64,000 bases of DNA from an uncultured bacterium (lineage in GTDB: Bacteria > Desulfobacterota_D > UBA1144 > Nemesobacterales > UBA2774): assembly GCA_963825135.1 (NCBI GenBank), contig CAWGRW010000009.1:1920001-1984000 (forward strand). Reading direction: 5' to 3'. The stretch's first letter is position 1; every line of letters starts with the position of its first letter. Both the position numbers and the translations under genes were made by a program. The notes beneath the pieces were generated by a model that worked only from the letters and a program-made list of their open reading frames with translations, did no database searches and was not told the DNA's origin. This document shows, in pieces, positions 51,401-60,115 of the stretch.

Positions 51401-52084
51401 ATGTCACAGCCAAAAGCGGTACCCACGAACAGTACTGATCCTGTGAGGACGATCGTCGCATGTCATTTCCCTCTTCTGAGGGAGGGCATATCCAAGATCC
51501 TCGAGGACAGTGAGAATATCGAGGTTGTCGCGAAGGTTTCGAACCTCATCGACCTCATTCAATCCTGCGAGGAGCATGAATTCGATATACTGCTCCTGGA
51601 CGTCGACCTCCGGGGCCTCAACCTCACGAGGATACTGAGCCTCATTAAAAAGAACAAAGTCGCGAAGCTAATCCTCATAATAGACAACGACTACAACGAA
51701 AACCTCCTCATAAACGCTATCAGGTCGGGCGTGAGGGGCTACCTCGTAAAGGACACCGACTCGAAGCATCTGATAAAATCTATCGCCGCCGTCCAGAGCG
51801 GCGAGCTCTGGGTGGAGAGAAAGCTCATGGGCAAGGTGCTTGACGGCTCCGCATACCCCGCAAAAACAATAAGGGGCAAGGGGGAGATCTACGATCTCAC
51901 GGAAACGGAAATAAAAATAATTAAGCTCGTTCTAAACGGCTACACGAACAAGAGCGTAGCCGATGAGCTTTATATAAGCGAGAAGACTGTAAAATTTCAT
52001 CTCTACAAGGTATTCAAAAAGCTAAAAGTTAAAAGCAGGTCGGAGCTCATTCTGTTCGGATTCCGCCACGGCCTCGTCAGTTAA
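51401..52084 (+). CDS. LuxR/NarL-family regulator with an atypical receiver domain
   Basis: REC-like N-terminus lacking the acidic DD pair; LTETE...G.TNK.VA..L.ISEKTVK.H HTH. Confidence 0.92.
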   Translation: MSQPKAVPTNSTDPVRTIVACHFPLLREGISKILEDSENIEVVAKVSNLIDLIQSCEEHEFDILLLDVDLRGLNLTRILSLIKKNKVAKLILIIDNDYNENLLINAIRSGVRGYLVKDTDSKHLIKSIAAVQSGELWVERKLMGKVLDGSAYPAKTIRGKGEIYDLTETEIKIIKLVLNGYTNKSVADELYISEKTVKFHLYKVFKKLKVKSRSELILFGFRHGLVS

Positions 52085-52258
52085 CGGAACCCGTATCCAC
52101 GGCGCAGCCGGCTTGGTTATTTCGCCGCCCGACATTGATTAACGCAGGAATTGGAACTAAATTTAAAGCCCTGACGGGTACGGTAAAAAACAATTCCCGA
52201 TAATAAGATAATAAGTTGCTTGCAGAATTCTTCCCAATTCGCGTAAGGAGCATTCGGC

Positions 52259-53572
52259 ATGAATTTAAGTGTCATCGGTACCGGTTATGTGGGGCTTGTC
52301 ACGGGGGCTTGTCTCGCCGGCAGCGGCAATAACGTAATCTGCGTGGATATCGACGAGGAGAAGGTCAAGGGTCTCAAAGAGGGACATGTGCCCTTTTATG
52401 AGCCCGGCCTCGAGGAAATCGTTAAAAAGAACCTCCGTGAGGAGCGTCTCCATTTTACGACCGATATAGGCTATGCGATAAAGAACTCCTTCATCATCCT
52501 CATCGCGGTCGGGACGCCGCCCAATCATGACGGCTCGGCGAATATGGACGCGGTACTGAGCGTCGCGAGGTCGATTGCCGGGCACATGGACGACTACAAG
52601 ATTATCGTTACAAAGAGCACCGTGCCGGTAGGCACGACGGAGATGATACGCGACGAAATCAGGAAGCTGACCGACATCGAATTCGACGTCGCGTCCAACC
52701 CCGAGTTCCTGAAGGAAGGGGATGCGGTGGAAGACTTCATGAAGCCTGACAGGCTAATTATAGGCGTCGATAAGCCCGCCGTCGGGGGGATATTGAAGGA
52801 GCTCTATTCGGCCTTCATGCGTTCGAGCGACAGGGCAATAGTCGTATCGATAAGGTCATCAGAGCTTGCGAAATACACCGCGAACGCGATGCTGGCCACG
52901 AGGATATCCTTCATGAACGACATAGCCAATCTGTGCGAGCTCGTAGGGGCCGATATTTCCGAAGTCAGGGTGGCGATAGGGTCGGACACCAGGATCGGTC
53001 GTCATTTCCTCTTCCCCGGCATCGGCTACGGCGGCTCATGCTTCCCGAAAGACGTAAAGGCGCTGATAAGCACGGCAAAGGGATTCGGCTACGACCTCAA
53101 GGTCTGCAGGGCTGCCGACGAGGTGAACACCAGGCAGAGAGAGCTCTTCTGGGGCAAGATAACGGGCTACTTCAAGGGCGGAATAAAGGGCAAGAGAGTG
53201 GGGGTCTGGGGTATATCCTTTAAACCGGAAACGGACGATATAAGGGAGGCCCCGTCCCTGTACATCATCGACAAACTGATTTCGGGGGGCGCGGAGGTAG
53301 TCGTCCACGACCCCGTGGCCATGGATAACGCTAAAAGGCATTTCGGGGAAAAGGTGCATTACGGCGCGTCCAACTACGACGCCTGCAGGGGGTCTCACGC
53401 GCTTGTAATCAATACGGAGTGGAACGAATACAGGCAGCCCGACTTTATCAAGATGAAGGAGCTTATGAAGGACTGCGTTATATTCGACGGCAGGAATCTA
53501 TACGATCCGGTGAGGCTCGAAAAGTCGGGTTTTAAATATTTCGGCGTGGGGATCGGCGCTCCCCGCGGTTAA
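52259..53572 (+). CDS. ugd: UDP-glucose 6-dehydrogenase
   Basis: GTGYVGL, SNPEFLKEG, GYGGSCFPKD, FKPETDDIRE, DGRN. Confidence 0.95.
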   Translation: MNLSVIGTGYVGLVTGACLAGSGNNVICVDIDEEKVKGLKEGHVPFYEPGLEEIVKKNLREERLHFTTDIGYAIKNSFIILIAVGTPPNHDGSANMDAVLSVARSIAGHMDDYKIIVTKSTVPVGTTEMIRDEIRKLTDIEFDVASNPEFLKEGDAVEDFMKPDRLIIGVDKPAVGGILKELYSAFMRSSDRAIVVSIRSSELAKYTANAMLATRISFMNDIANLCELVGADISEVRVAIGSDTRIGRHFLFPGIGYGGSCFPKDVKALISTAKGFGYDLKVCRAADEVNTRQRELFWGKITGYFKGGIKGKRVGVWGISFKPETDDIREAPSLYIIDKLISGGAEVVVHDPVAMDNAKRHFGEKVHYGASNYDACRGSHALVINTEWNEYRQPDFIKMKELMKDCVIFDGRNLYDPVRLEKSGFKYFGVGIGAPRG

Positions 53573-53824
53573 AAAATGTAGATGCCGCTGTGCTCCGGGC
53601 GCTTGTCTCTCTGTTTTCTCCTGTCTTTGATTTCGATTGGTTAAGCTTGAACGGCTTTCTCAATCCCTGACTGAAGACCAAATCCCCTTTTGCCCCCTTA
53701 GTCTTATCTTGTAGATACTTTTCGGAATTTCAGTATCATTGGGAGCTAGTTATTTTGCAGGCAAGTTGTAACTACCGGATATAGGAAGAAATTTTGAGAC
53801 ACTTTCATCCGGGTGAAATATTGA

Positions 53825-53854
53825 TTGACAGATTAATCCTTATTTTGCTAGGAT
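53825..53854 (+). promoter_or_regulatory. Sigma-70-type promoter
   Basis: TTGACA-N18-TAGGAT with TGn extension; GAGG RBS before 53871. Confidence 0.45.
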
Positions 53855-53870
53855 GAAGAGAGGTTAACTT

Positions 53871-54476
53871 ATGGGGAGGGTTCACATGAGCTCAACGACC
53901 GGTTTGATTCGCACGAAGCATTTCTTTTATGTGTTTTTTATTTCCTTGGTCACGGTTTTTTCTTCTAGCGGTTTTCTCATGGCACAGGAAGAGGAGGGCG
54001 TAGTTGAGGCGGAAGAAGCCAAGGAATCGGCCCCGCCGGCTCCCGCTGACAAGCCCGTTGAGAAGACTCCGTCGGTCCTGGCTGCGACGGACGGCGAATA
54101 TACGGACGTAAAGCTGGAAGTCACGGAGCTTAAGCGCACAAGCGGCGATACGCTTACGTTAAAGTTTACGATAATCAATGATTCGTCCGAGCAGATGAGT
54201 TTCAGCTACGACTTTGGGGAGGCAGGAAAGTACAATACCGGTGATTTTAACAGCGTAGGCGGAGTCAATTTGGTTGACGCAGCCGGCAAAAAGAAATACC
54301 TGGTGCTCCGGGATTCGGCTGGGAATTGTTTGTGCAGCCGCGGTTTAAAGGATCTTCAACCCGGGTCGCGCGCGAATCTCTATGCCAAGTTCCCCGCGCC
54401 TCCCGAGGGCGTAGAAAAGATAACCGTAGAGATACCCCATTTCATTCCGATGGATGACGTTCCTATCAGCAAGTAG
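53871..54476 (+). CDS. Secreted hypothetical protein
   Basis: Signal peptide, E/A/P-rich linker, Ig-like domain with LVD..GKKKYLVLRD..G.CLCS and AKFPAPP. Confidence 0.85.
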   Translation: MGRVHMSSTTGLIRTKHFFYVFFISLVTVFSSSGFLMAQEEEGVVEAEEAKESAPPAPADKPVEKTPSVLAATDGEYTDVKLEVTELKRTSGDTLTLKFTIINDSSEQMSFSYDFGEAGKYNTGDFNSVGGVNLVDAAGKKKYLVLRDSAGNCLCSRGLKDLQPGSRANLYAKFPAPPEGVEKITVEIPHFIPMDDVPISK

Positions 54477-54569
54477 GGAAGCCCGGTTTCGCGTGTTGAG
54501 ACCGATCTCCAGTCTGCCGTCGCTTCATAAAGGCGTGGGTTGAATTAGGTATTGTCCGGGGAGGTTCTC

Positions 54570-55133
54570 ATGACAAATTTGATTTGCTCGATAAAAAGAG
54601 GAGGCGTCCTCTTCCTGATTTCCGGCACCTTTATTTCCGCTGTCATTTTTCCGGCTGCCGCAAGGGCCCAGGTAGACTTGGAACCCCGGGTTCTGGATAT
54701 TGACTTCAGGGTCGAAAACCTGGAAGGGGAAACGCTCGACCTTGAGGTAAAGGAAACCGATACCGAGATAAGGATCGAGCTTTCGGGAGACATTCTGTTT
54801 GATTTCGATAAATGGGATATACGCCCCGCGGCCGAGCCCGTGCTCACCCAGGTTGCGGAGGTTATAAACAAATACCCCAATGCCGCCGTTTTGATAGAGG
54901 GTTATACCGATTCAAAGGGTAAAGATTCCTATAACCTCAAGCTCTCTGACAGGCGCGCCGCATCGGTAAAAGACTGGCTTATGAAAAAGGGCGGGGTCGG
55001 CAACAAAAATATAACGACAAAAGGCATGGGAGAAGCAGACCCCGTAGCCCCCAACGAAAATCCCGACGGGAGCGATAACCCGGAAGGACGGCAGAAAAAC
55101 CGGAGAGTGGAGATAACGGTGAAGAAGGAATAG
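54570..55133 (+). CDS. OmpA-C domain (peptidoglycan-binding) protein
   Basis: ILFDFDK, IEGYTDS.G...YN..LS.RRA.SV, GRQKNRRVEI; signal peptide, no beta-barrel. Confidence 0.92.
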   Translation: MTNLICSIKRGGVLFLISGTFISAVIFPAAARAQVDLEPRVLDIDFRVENLEGETLDLEVKETDTEIRIELSGDILFDFDKWDIRPAAEPVLTQVAEVINKYPNAAVLIEGYTDSKGKDSYNLKLSDRRAASVKDWLMKKGGVGNKNITTKGMGEADPVAPNENPDGSDNPEGRQKNRRVEITVKKE

Positions 55134-55185
55134 TAAGAGGATATGAGTTCTATGTATGCGGATATTTCAGCCGGAATCGCCAATG

Positions 55186-55794
55186 CTAAAGATTCACTTC
55201 TATGTTTTTCTTCTTCCTCTTTCCGTAGACCATCAGCTGGTACCTGTTCTGCACGTGCAGCTTTTCGAAGATGCTGGTAATATGCGCCTTCACGGTCTTT
55301 TCCGTTATCGAAAGTTTTTCCGCGATGTCCTTGTTGCTTTCCCCTTTTGAGATTAATTTAATAATTTTGGATTCCGTCTTCGTGATCCCGGGCGCTTCCG
55401 ACAGATTGATTATCGTATCGTCGGGAACGGCTTTGCCCCCCGTCCCGGTCTTTATTATCGCTACGAGCTCGGTCGACGTCGTCTCCTGGTTGACCTCGAT
55501 CAGGTTCCCGTGACCCGCATCGGGCGCCTCTCCCTCCGTAAACTGGATGACCCTCGCTCCGGAGTTCCTTATGCTGCCCGAGCGCATGATTCTCTGAATG
55601 TCATACAGGAATTCCCTGTTGTCTATGAAAATGAAATCGGGGCTGTGCTCCCTTAGGCATTTATTCAATTCCCTTACGCCCGATCCTTCGGCCACTATCG
55701 TTATTTCTTTGTCGAATTCCAGAATCTTGCGGACGCCCTCCAGAATCAGCCTCGAATTGGATAACAACGCTACTTTTATTCTTTTATAGGTCAT
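55186..55794 (-). CDS. LuxR-family regulator with a degenerate receiver domain
   Basis: ITKTE..I...G.SNKDIA.KL.ITEKTVKAH HTH; receiver lacks the DD pair and the conserved Lys. Confidence 0.9.
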   Translation of the reverse strand: MTYKRIKVALLSNSRLILEGVRKILEFDKEITIVAEGSGVRELNKCLREHSPDFIFIDNREFLYDIQRIMRSGSIRNSGARVIQFTEGEAPDAGHGNLIEVNQETTSTELVAIIKTGTGGKAVPDDTIINLSEAPGITKTESKIIKLISKGESNKDIAEKLSITEKTVKAHITSIFEKLHVQNRYQLMVYGKRKKKNIEVNL

Positions 55795-55820
55795 GGCGCT
55801 TCACTCGACAAAAAGAAATC

Positions 55821-55835
55821 GCAAAAACCGTGCCG
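55821..55835 (-). promoter_or_regulatory. Sigma-54 (-24/-12) promoter
   Basis: Minus strand CGGCACGGTTTTTGC, 26 nt upstream of the 55794 ATG. Confidence 0.75.
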
Positions 55836-56221
55836 TAACGAGCGCGAATCATATAACAGCCCGCGACCCGGCTTGCATTATAGTCAAATGCCTTGTCATA
55901 TCAGCCGGTTACGCATCGTATATGACGAATTGTTTGCAGTCTCGCATTTTGAGCGCCTCTAAGCGCTTGATGATGATAAACTTGCAAACCGGACAAATTT
56001 GAGGACAATCTAACAAATTACGTCATGTTGTTCCTCACCGCGGTCTGCGTGAAATGAAGTCTCCGCCGACCGTAGCTTGTGTGGGGCGGGAATCCGCGAA
56101 CTAATATTTGCATCGGAATATATTCAGGTACAATGCGTATATTTTTTTGAGTAAAGAAAGTATCGGTTTTGTTTGTGCTTAAAATTGTGATAAATAGTTT
56201 AACAAGGGAACAGGAGGGTCA

Positions 56222-58501
56222 ATGGCTAAATCTCTTGTAATAGTAGAATCGCCCGCAAAGGCGAAGACCATCAAGAAGTTTCTCGGCAAGAGCTTCGCGG
56301 TTGAGGCTTCTTCGGGTCATCTCGTTGACCTTCCGAGCAGCAAGCTCGGCGTCGACATTGAGAACGATTTCAATCCGCAATACGTGGTCATAAAGGGCAA
56401 GAGCAAATATCTCAACCAGCTGAAGAAGGCAGCGAAAGATGCGGACACGGTCTATCTGGCGTCTGACCCCGACAGGGAAGGCGAGGCCATAGCATGGCAC
56501 ATAGCGGATAAACTCAACATAAGGAATAAATCCCGCCGTGTGCTCATACACGAAATTACCGAGAACGCGGTCAGGGACTCCATAGCGCACCCGACGTCGC
56601 TCAGCCAGGACAGGTTCGAGGCGCAGCAGGCGCGCAGGATACTCGACCGCCTCGTCGGATATCAGGTGAGCCCTATTCTCTGGAGGAAGGTCAGAAAGGG
56701 TCTCAGCGCGGGCAGGGTGCAGAGCGTCGCGCTCAGGCTCGTAGTCGACAGGGAGCGCGATATAGAGGCGTTCAAGACTGAGGAGTACTGGACGATCGAG
56801 GCCGACCTGAAAAGGGCCAAGGACACGCCTGACTCTTCTTTCACCGCGGTTCTTTCGTCTTACGACGGAGAGAAAATTGAAATAACCGACGGGACGCGTG
56901 CGAACTCCGTAGTCGATTCCGTAAAGAATGAAAAGTTCGTGGTCAATTCCGTTGAAAGGAAGGAGAGGAAAAAGAACGCCCTCCCCCCATTCATCACGAG
57001 CACGCTGCAGCAGGAGGCTTCCCGCAAGCTCAGGTTCTCCGTTAAAAAGACAATGATGCTCGCGCAGAAGCTCTATGAGGGCATCGATCTGGGCGAAGAG
57101 GGCCCGGTCGGGCTTATCTCATACATGAGGACGGACTCCGTGAGGATATCGGAGAACGCTCTCGCGGAGGCAAGGGAAATAATAAAGGCTACATACGGAG
57201 ACGAATACCTGCCGCAGAAACCGAATACGTTTAAGGTTAAGAAATCCGCGCAGGACGCGCACGAGGCGATCAGGCCCACATACGCGGGCAAGACCCCCGA
57301 TTCCGTAAAGCAGTACCTCCCCGATGACGAATTCCAGCTTTACAAGCTGATCTGGCAGAGGTTCGTCGCATCGCAGATGAACCCCGTTATCTACGACCAG
57401 ACGTCGGTCGAGATTAAGGCCGGGAGAGGCGTTTTCAGGGTCACCGGCTCGGTCGTGAAATTCCAGGGGTTCTCGGCCGTATACCTGGAGGGGATGGAAG
57501 AGGAGGAGGAGCAGAAGGAGAAGGACGAAATGAGAAAGCTCCCTGAGCTCGCGAAGGGAGACGAGCTCGACCTCCTGGGCATAGAAGGTATACAGCATTT
57601 CACGCAGCCGCCCCCGAGATTCACCGAGAGCTCGCTCGTGAAGGAGCTTGAGGAAAAGGGCGTCGGGCGGCCTTCGACCTATGCGACGATACTCTCTACC
57701 ATAATAGACCGCGAGTACGTCAGCAAAGAAAAAAGCAAGCTGAAGCCGACCCTCCTCGGCTGCTCCGTTAACGACCTCCTCGTCCAGGGTTTCCCCGAAA
57801 TAATGGACGTGCAGTTCACGGCGGACATGGAAGAGAAGCTCGACAGCGTGGAGGAAGGGAACGTAAACTGGGTCGAGCTCCTGAAGGGGTTCTACAAGGA
57901 GTTCTCTTCGAGGCTCGACAAGGCGCAGGATACGATGAAGAGCCTCAAGAGGGACGGCATCCCGACCGACATAGTATGCGACACCTGCGGCTCTCATATG
58001 ATAATAAAGTGGGGTAAGAACGGCGAGTTCCTTTCATGCTCGCGTTACCCCGAATGCAAGAACGCGAAGGCCTTCGAGTACGACCCCGAGGGCGTCATAA
58101 AAGTTGTGGAGAAAGTTCCGCCGGTAATAAGGGAAGACATCAAGTGCGACAAGTGCAGCGCCCCGATGGTGATTAAGCGGAGCAGGAGGGGCGAGTTCCT
58201 CGCCTGCACGCGTTATCCGGACTGCAAGAACGCCAAGACCTTCGAGTACGATCCCGAGGGCAATATAAAAATCATAGAGAAGGTCGAGCCCGTAATAAGG
58301 GAAGACCTCAAGTGCGAGAAGTGCGGAAAGCCGATGGCCGTGAGGAGCGGCAGGTTCGGTAAATTCCTCGGCTGCACGGGTTATCCGAAGTGCAGGAACA
58401 TAAAGGGCATCGACGAGAACGGCAACCCCGTAGACCCGAAGCAGAACGGGAAAGGCCAGGGCAGAAAGAAGAGCGGTGCGGATACTGCGATAGTAAATTG
58501 A
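56222..58501 (+). CDS. topA: DNA topoisomerase I
   Basis: LVIVESPAKAKTI, DPDREGE, SAGRVQS, SYMRTDS, three C4 zinc ribbons. Confidence 0.98.
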   Translation: MAKSLVIVESPAKAKTIKKFLGKSFAVEASSGHLVDLPSSKLGVDIENDFNPQYVVIKGKSKYLNQLKKAAKDADTVYLASDPDREGEAIAWHIADKLNIRNKSRRVLIHEITENAVRDSIAHPTSLSQDRFEAQQARRILDRLVGYQVSPILWRKVRKGLSAGRVQSVALRLVVDRERDIEAFKTEEYWTIEADLKRAKDTPDSSFTAVLSSYDGEKIEITDGTRANSVVDSVKNEKFVVNSVERKERKKNALPPFITSTLQQEASRKLRFSVKKTMMLAQKLYEGIDLGEEGPVGLISYMRTDSVRISENALAEAREIIKATYGDEYLPQKPNTFKVKKSAQDAHEAIRPTYAGKTPDSVKQYLPDDEFQLYKLIWQRFVASQMNPVIYDQTSVEIKAGRGVFRVTGSVVKFQGFSAVYLEGMEEEEEQKEKDEMRKLPELAKGDELDLLGIEGIQHFTQPPPRFTESSLVKELEEKGVGRPSTYATILSTIIDREYVSKEKSKLKPTLLGCSVNDLLVQGFPEIMDVQFTADMEEKLDSVEEGNVNWVELLKGFYKEFSSRLDKAQDTMKSLKRDGIPTDIVCDTCGSHMIIKWGKNGEFLSCSRYPECKNAKAFEYDPEGVIKVVEKVPPVIREDIKCDKCSAPMVIKRSRRGEFLACTRYPDCKNAKTFEYDPEGNIKIIEKVEPVIREDLKCEKCGKPMAVRSGRFGKFLGCTGYPKCRNIKGIDENGNPVDPKQNGKGQGRKKSGADTAIVN

Positions 58502-58576
58502 GAAGGTCGATACTGCAAAACAGATGGTATGCTTTATTGACACGCATGCCGTTTCGCATACTCTAAACGGCATACG

Positions 58577-59653
58577 GTGCGCGACATGGAGAGAAAGTCC
58601 AGGCAAATAAATATCGGCGGCATCAGGGTTGGGGGAGGCGCTCCCGTAACCGTCCAGTCGATGACGAAGACCGATACGAGGGACGTCCCCGCTACGGTCG
58701 CGCAGATTAAGGGCCTTGAGAGAGCCGGATGCGACATAGTACGCCTCGCAGTCCCCGACATGGAGGCGGCCAAAGCCCTCGGAAAGATAAAAAGGCAGAC
58801 GACGATCCCGATAGTATCGGACATACATTTCGATTACCTCCTCGCGCTCGAAGCCGTAAAGCAGGGCGTTGACGGCATGAGAATCAACCCCGGGAACATA
58901 GGCGCCAAATACAGGATAAAGGCGGTGGTCGACGCCGTTAAAGAAAGGGGGATACCCATAAGGATAGGCGTTAATTCCGGCTCCCTCGAAAAAGACATAC
59001 TCAAGAAACACGGCTCTCCCACCCCTGAGGCCCTGGCGGAAAGCGCTCTCAGGCACGTATCCATACTCGAAGACCTGGATTTCAGGGACATTAAAATTTC
59101 GGTAAAATCGACCGACGTGAGAAAGATGATAGCCGCGTACCGCATACTCGCGGAGCAGACCGACTACCCGCTCCATCTCGGAGTGACCGAGGCGGGGACG
59201 TACGATATGGGAACGATAAAGTCCTCGATCGGCATCGGCACGCTTCTGGCCGACGGCATAGGGGATACTATTCGTGTCTCCCTCACCGGGGATCCGGTGG
59301 ACGAGATAGACGTCGGTATCAAGATACTGAAATCCCTCGGCATAAGGCGAAACGGCATAGAGCTCATTTCCTGCCCCGGCTGCGGCAGGCTCGAAATCGA
59401 CCTCATGAAGCTCGTTAAGGACGTCGAGGACAGGATAGTCGGGTTCGAGCTCCCGAGACCTATAAAGGTCGCGATATTGGGCTGCGTCGTGAACGGGCCC
59501 GGGGAGGCCTCCGAGGCCGATTTAGGCATAGCCGGGGGCCGGGGCAAGGGTATGCTGTACAAGGACGGAAAGCTCGTCCGCTCCTTCAGGGAAGAAAACA
59601 TAGTGGACGAGCTCGTAAAAGAGCTCGCAACGTTCGCCGAGCCCGTGAATTGA
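58577..59653 (+). CDS. ispG: 4-hydroxy-3-methylbut-2-en-1-yl diphosphate synthase
   Basis: VQSMT, RINPGNIG, HLGVTEAG, GIGDTIRVSL, CPGCGR, GCVVNGPGEA. Confidence 0.97.
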   Translation: MRDMERKSRQINIGGIRVGGGAPVTVQSMTKTDTRDVPATVAQIKGLERAGCDIVRLAVPDMEAAKALGKIKRQTTIPIVSDIHFDYLLALEAVKQGVDGMRINPGNIGAKYRIKAVVDAVKERGIPIRIGVNSGSLEKDILKKHGSPTPEALAESALRHVSILEDLDFRDIKISVKSTDVRKMIAAYRILAEQTDYPLHLGVTEAGTYDMGTIKSSIGIGTLLADGIGDTIRVSLTGDPVDEIDVGIKILKSLGIRRNGIELISCPGCGRLEIDLMKLVKDVEDRIVGFELPRPIKVAILGCVVNGPGEASEADLGIAGGRGKGMLYKDGKLVRSFREENIVDELVKELATFAEPVN

Positions 59654-59707
59654 ATCTAAACCGATACGATATTTTTTAACGCCACTATTTAGCCTCAATT
59701 AAATTAC

Positions 59708-60010
59708 GGGAGCGGCCTCCAGCCGCGACACGTACACTGCTTGACTCTACGATCGTCCCGACATCTTCAAGCCAACTTATCATGTCATTTCGAGCAGCGC
59801 GAGAAATCTATGTGTTGTCTTTTCTTTTCATTCCCTCCCCCTTTTTAGGAGGGGGGAGGGTTCGGGTGGGGGTGTACTTCAATATTCCTGTCATTGCGAG
59901 CGCAGTGAAACGGAGCGCGGCAATCTTGCATTTCTCTCTCTGTCAATCCTGAATGTCTTTATCGGGAATCTAATCTTTTCTTGTTATTTCAAAACAAAGC
60001 TGAGAAATCT
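59708..60010 (+). repeat. Mosaic of several REP-like palindrome families
   Basis: gggagcggc..gccgcga; four TGTCAT-like...AATCT units (59783, 59889, 59941, 59982); ccctcccc..gggggaggg..gggtggggg. Confidence 0.7.
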
Positions 60011-60115
60011 GTCTTTTTTTATCAATAAAAAGCCCATACCAATCCTCCGCCACATCTTTTATACTTTTTGAATGGATTATAAATTTGTTATCTTTCACAC
60101 CGGGAGTATCGGGCT

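Noticed and set aside
58546..58573. 9-bp inverted repeat atgccgttt/aaacggcat just before ispG
   Set aside because: It is a single hairpin without a U-tract; terminator, operator and chance cannot be distinguished
57119..59176. Long antisense ORFs (292 and 380 aa), and similar ones elsewhere in the window
   Set aside because: They are shadow frames of topA, ispG and other well-supported genes, with no recognisable motifs
59708..60010. CRISPR array or integron attC array interpretation
   Set aside because: The units are not identical, spacing is irregular, there are no cassette ORFs between units, and no cas or integrase gene is present
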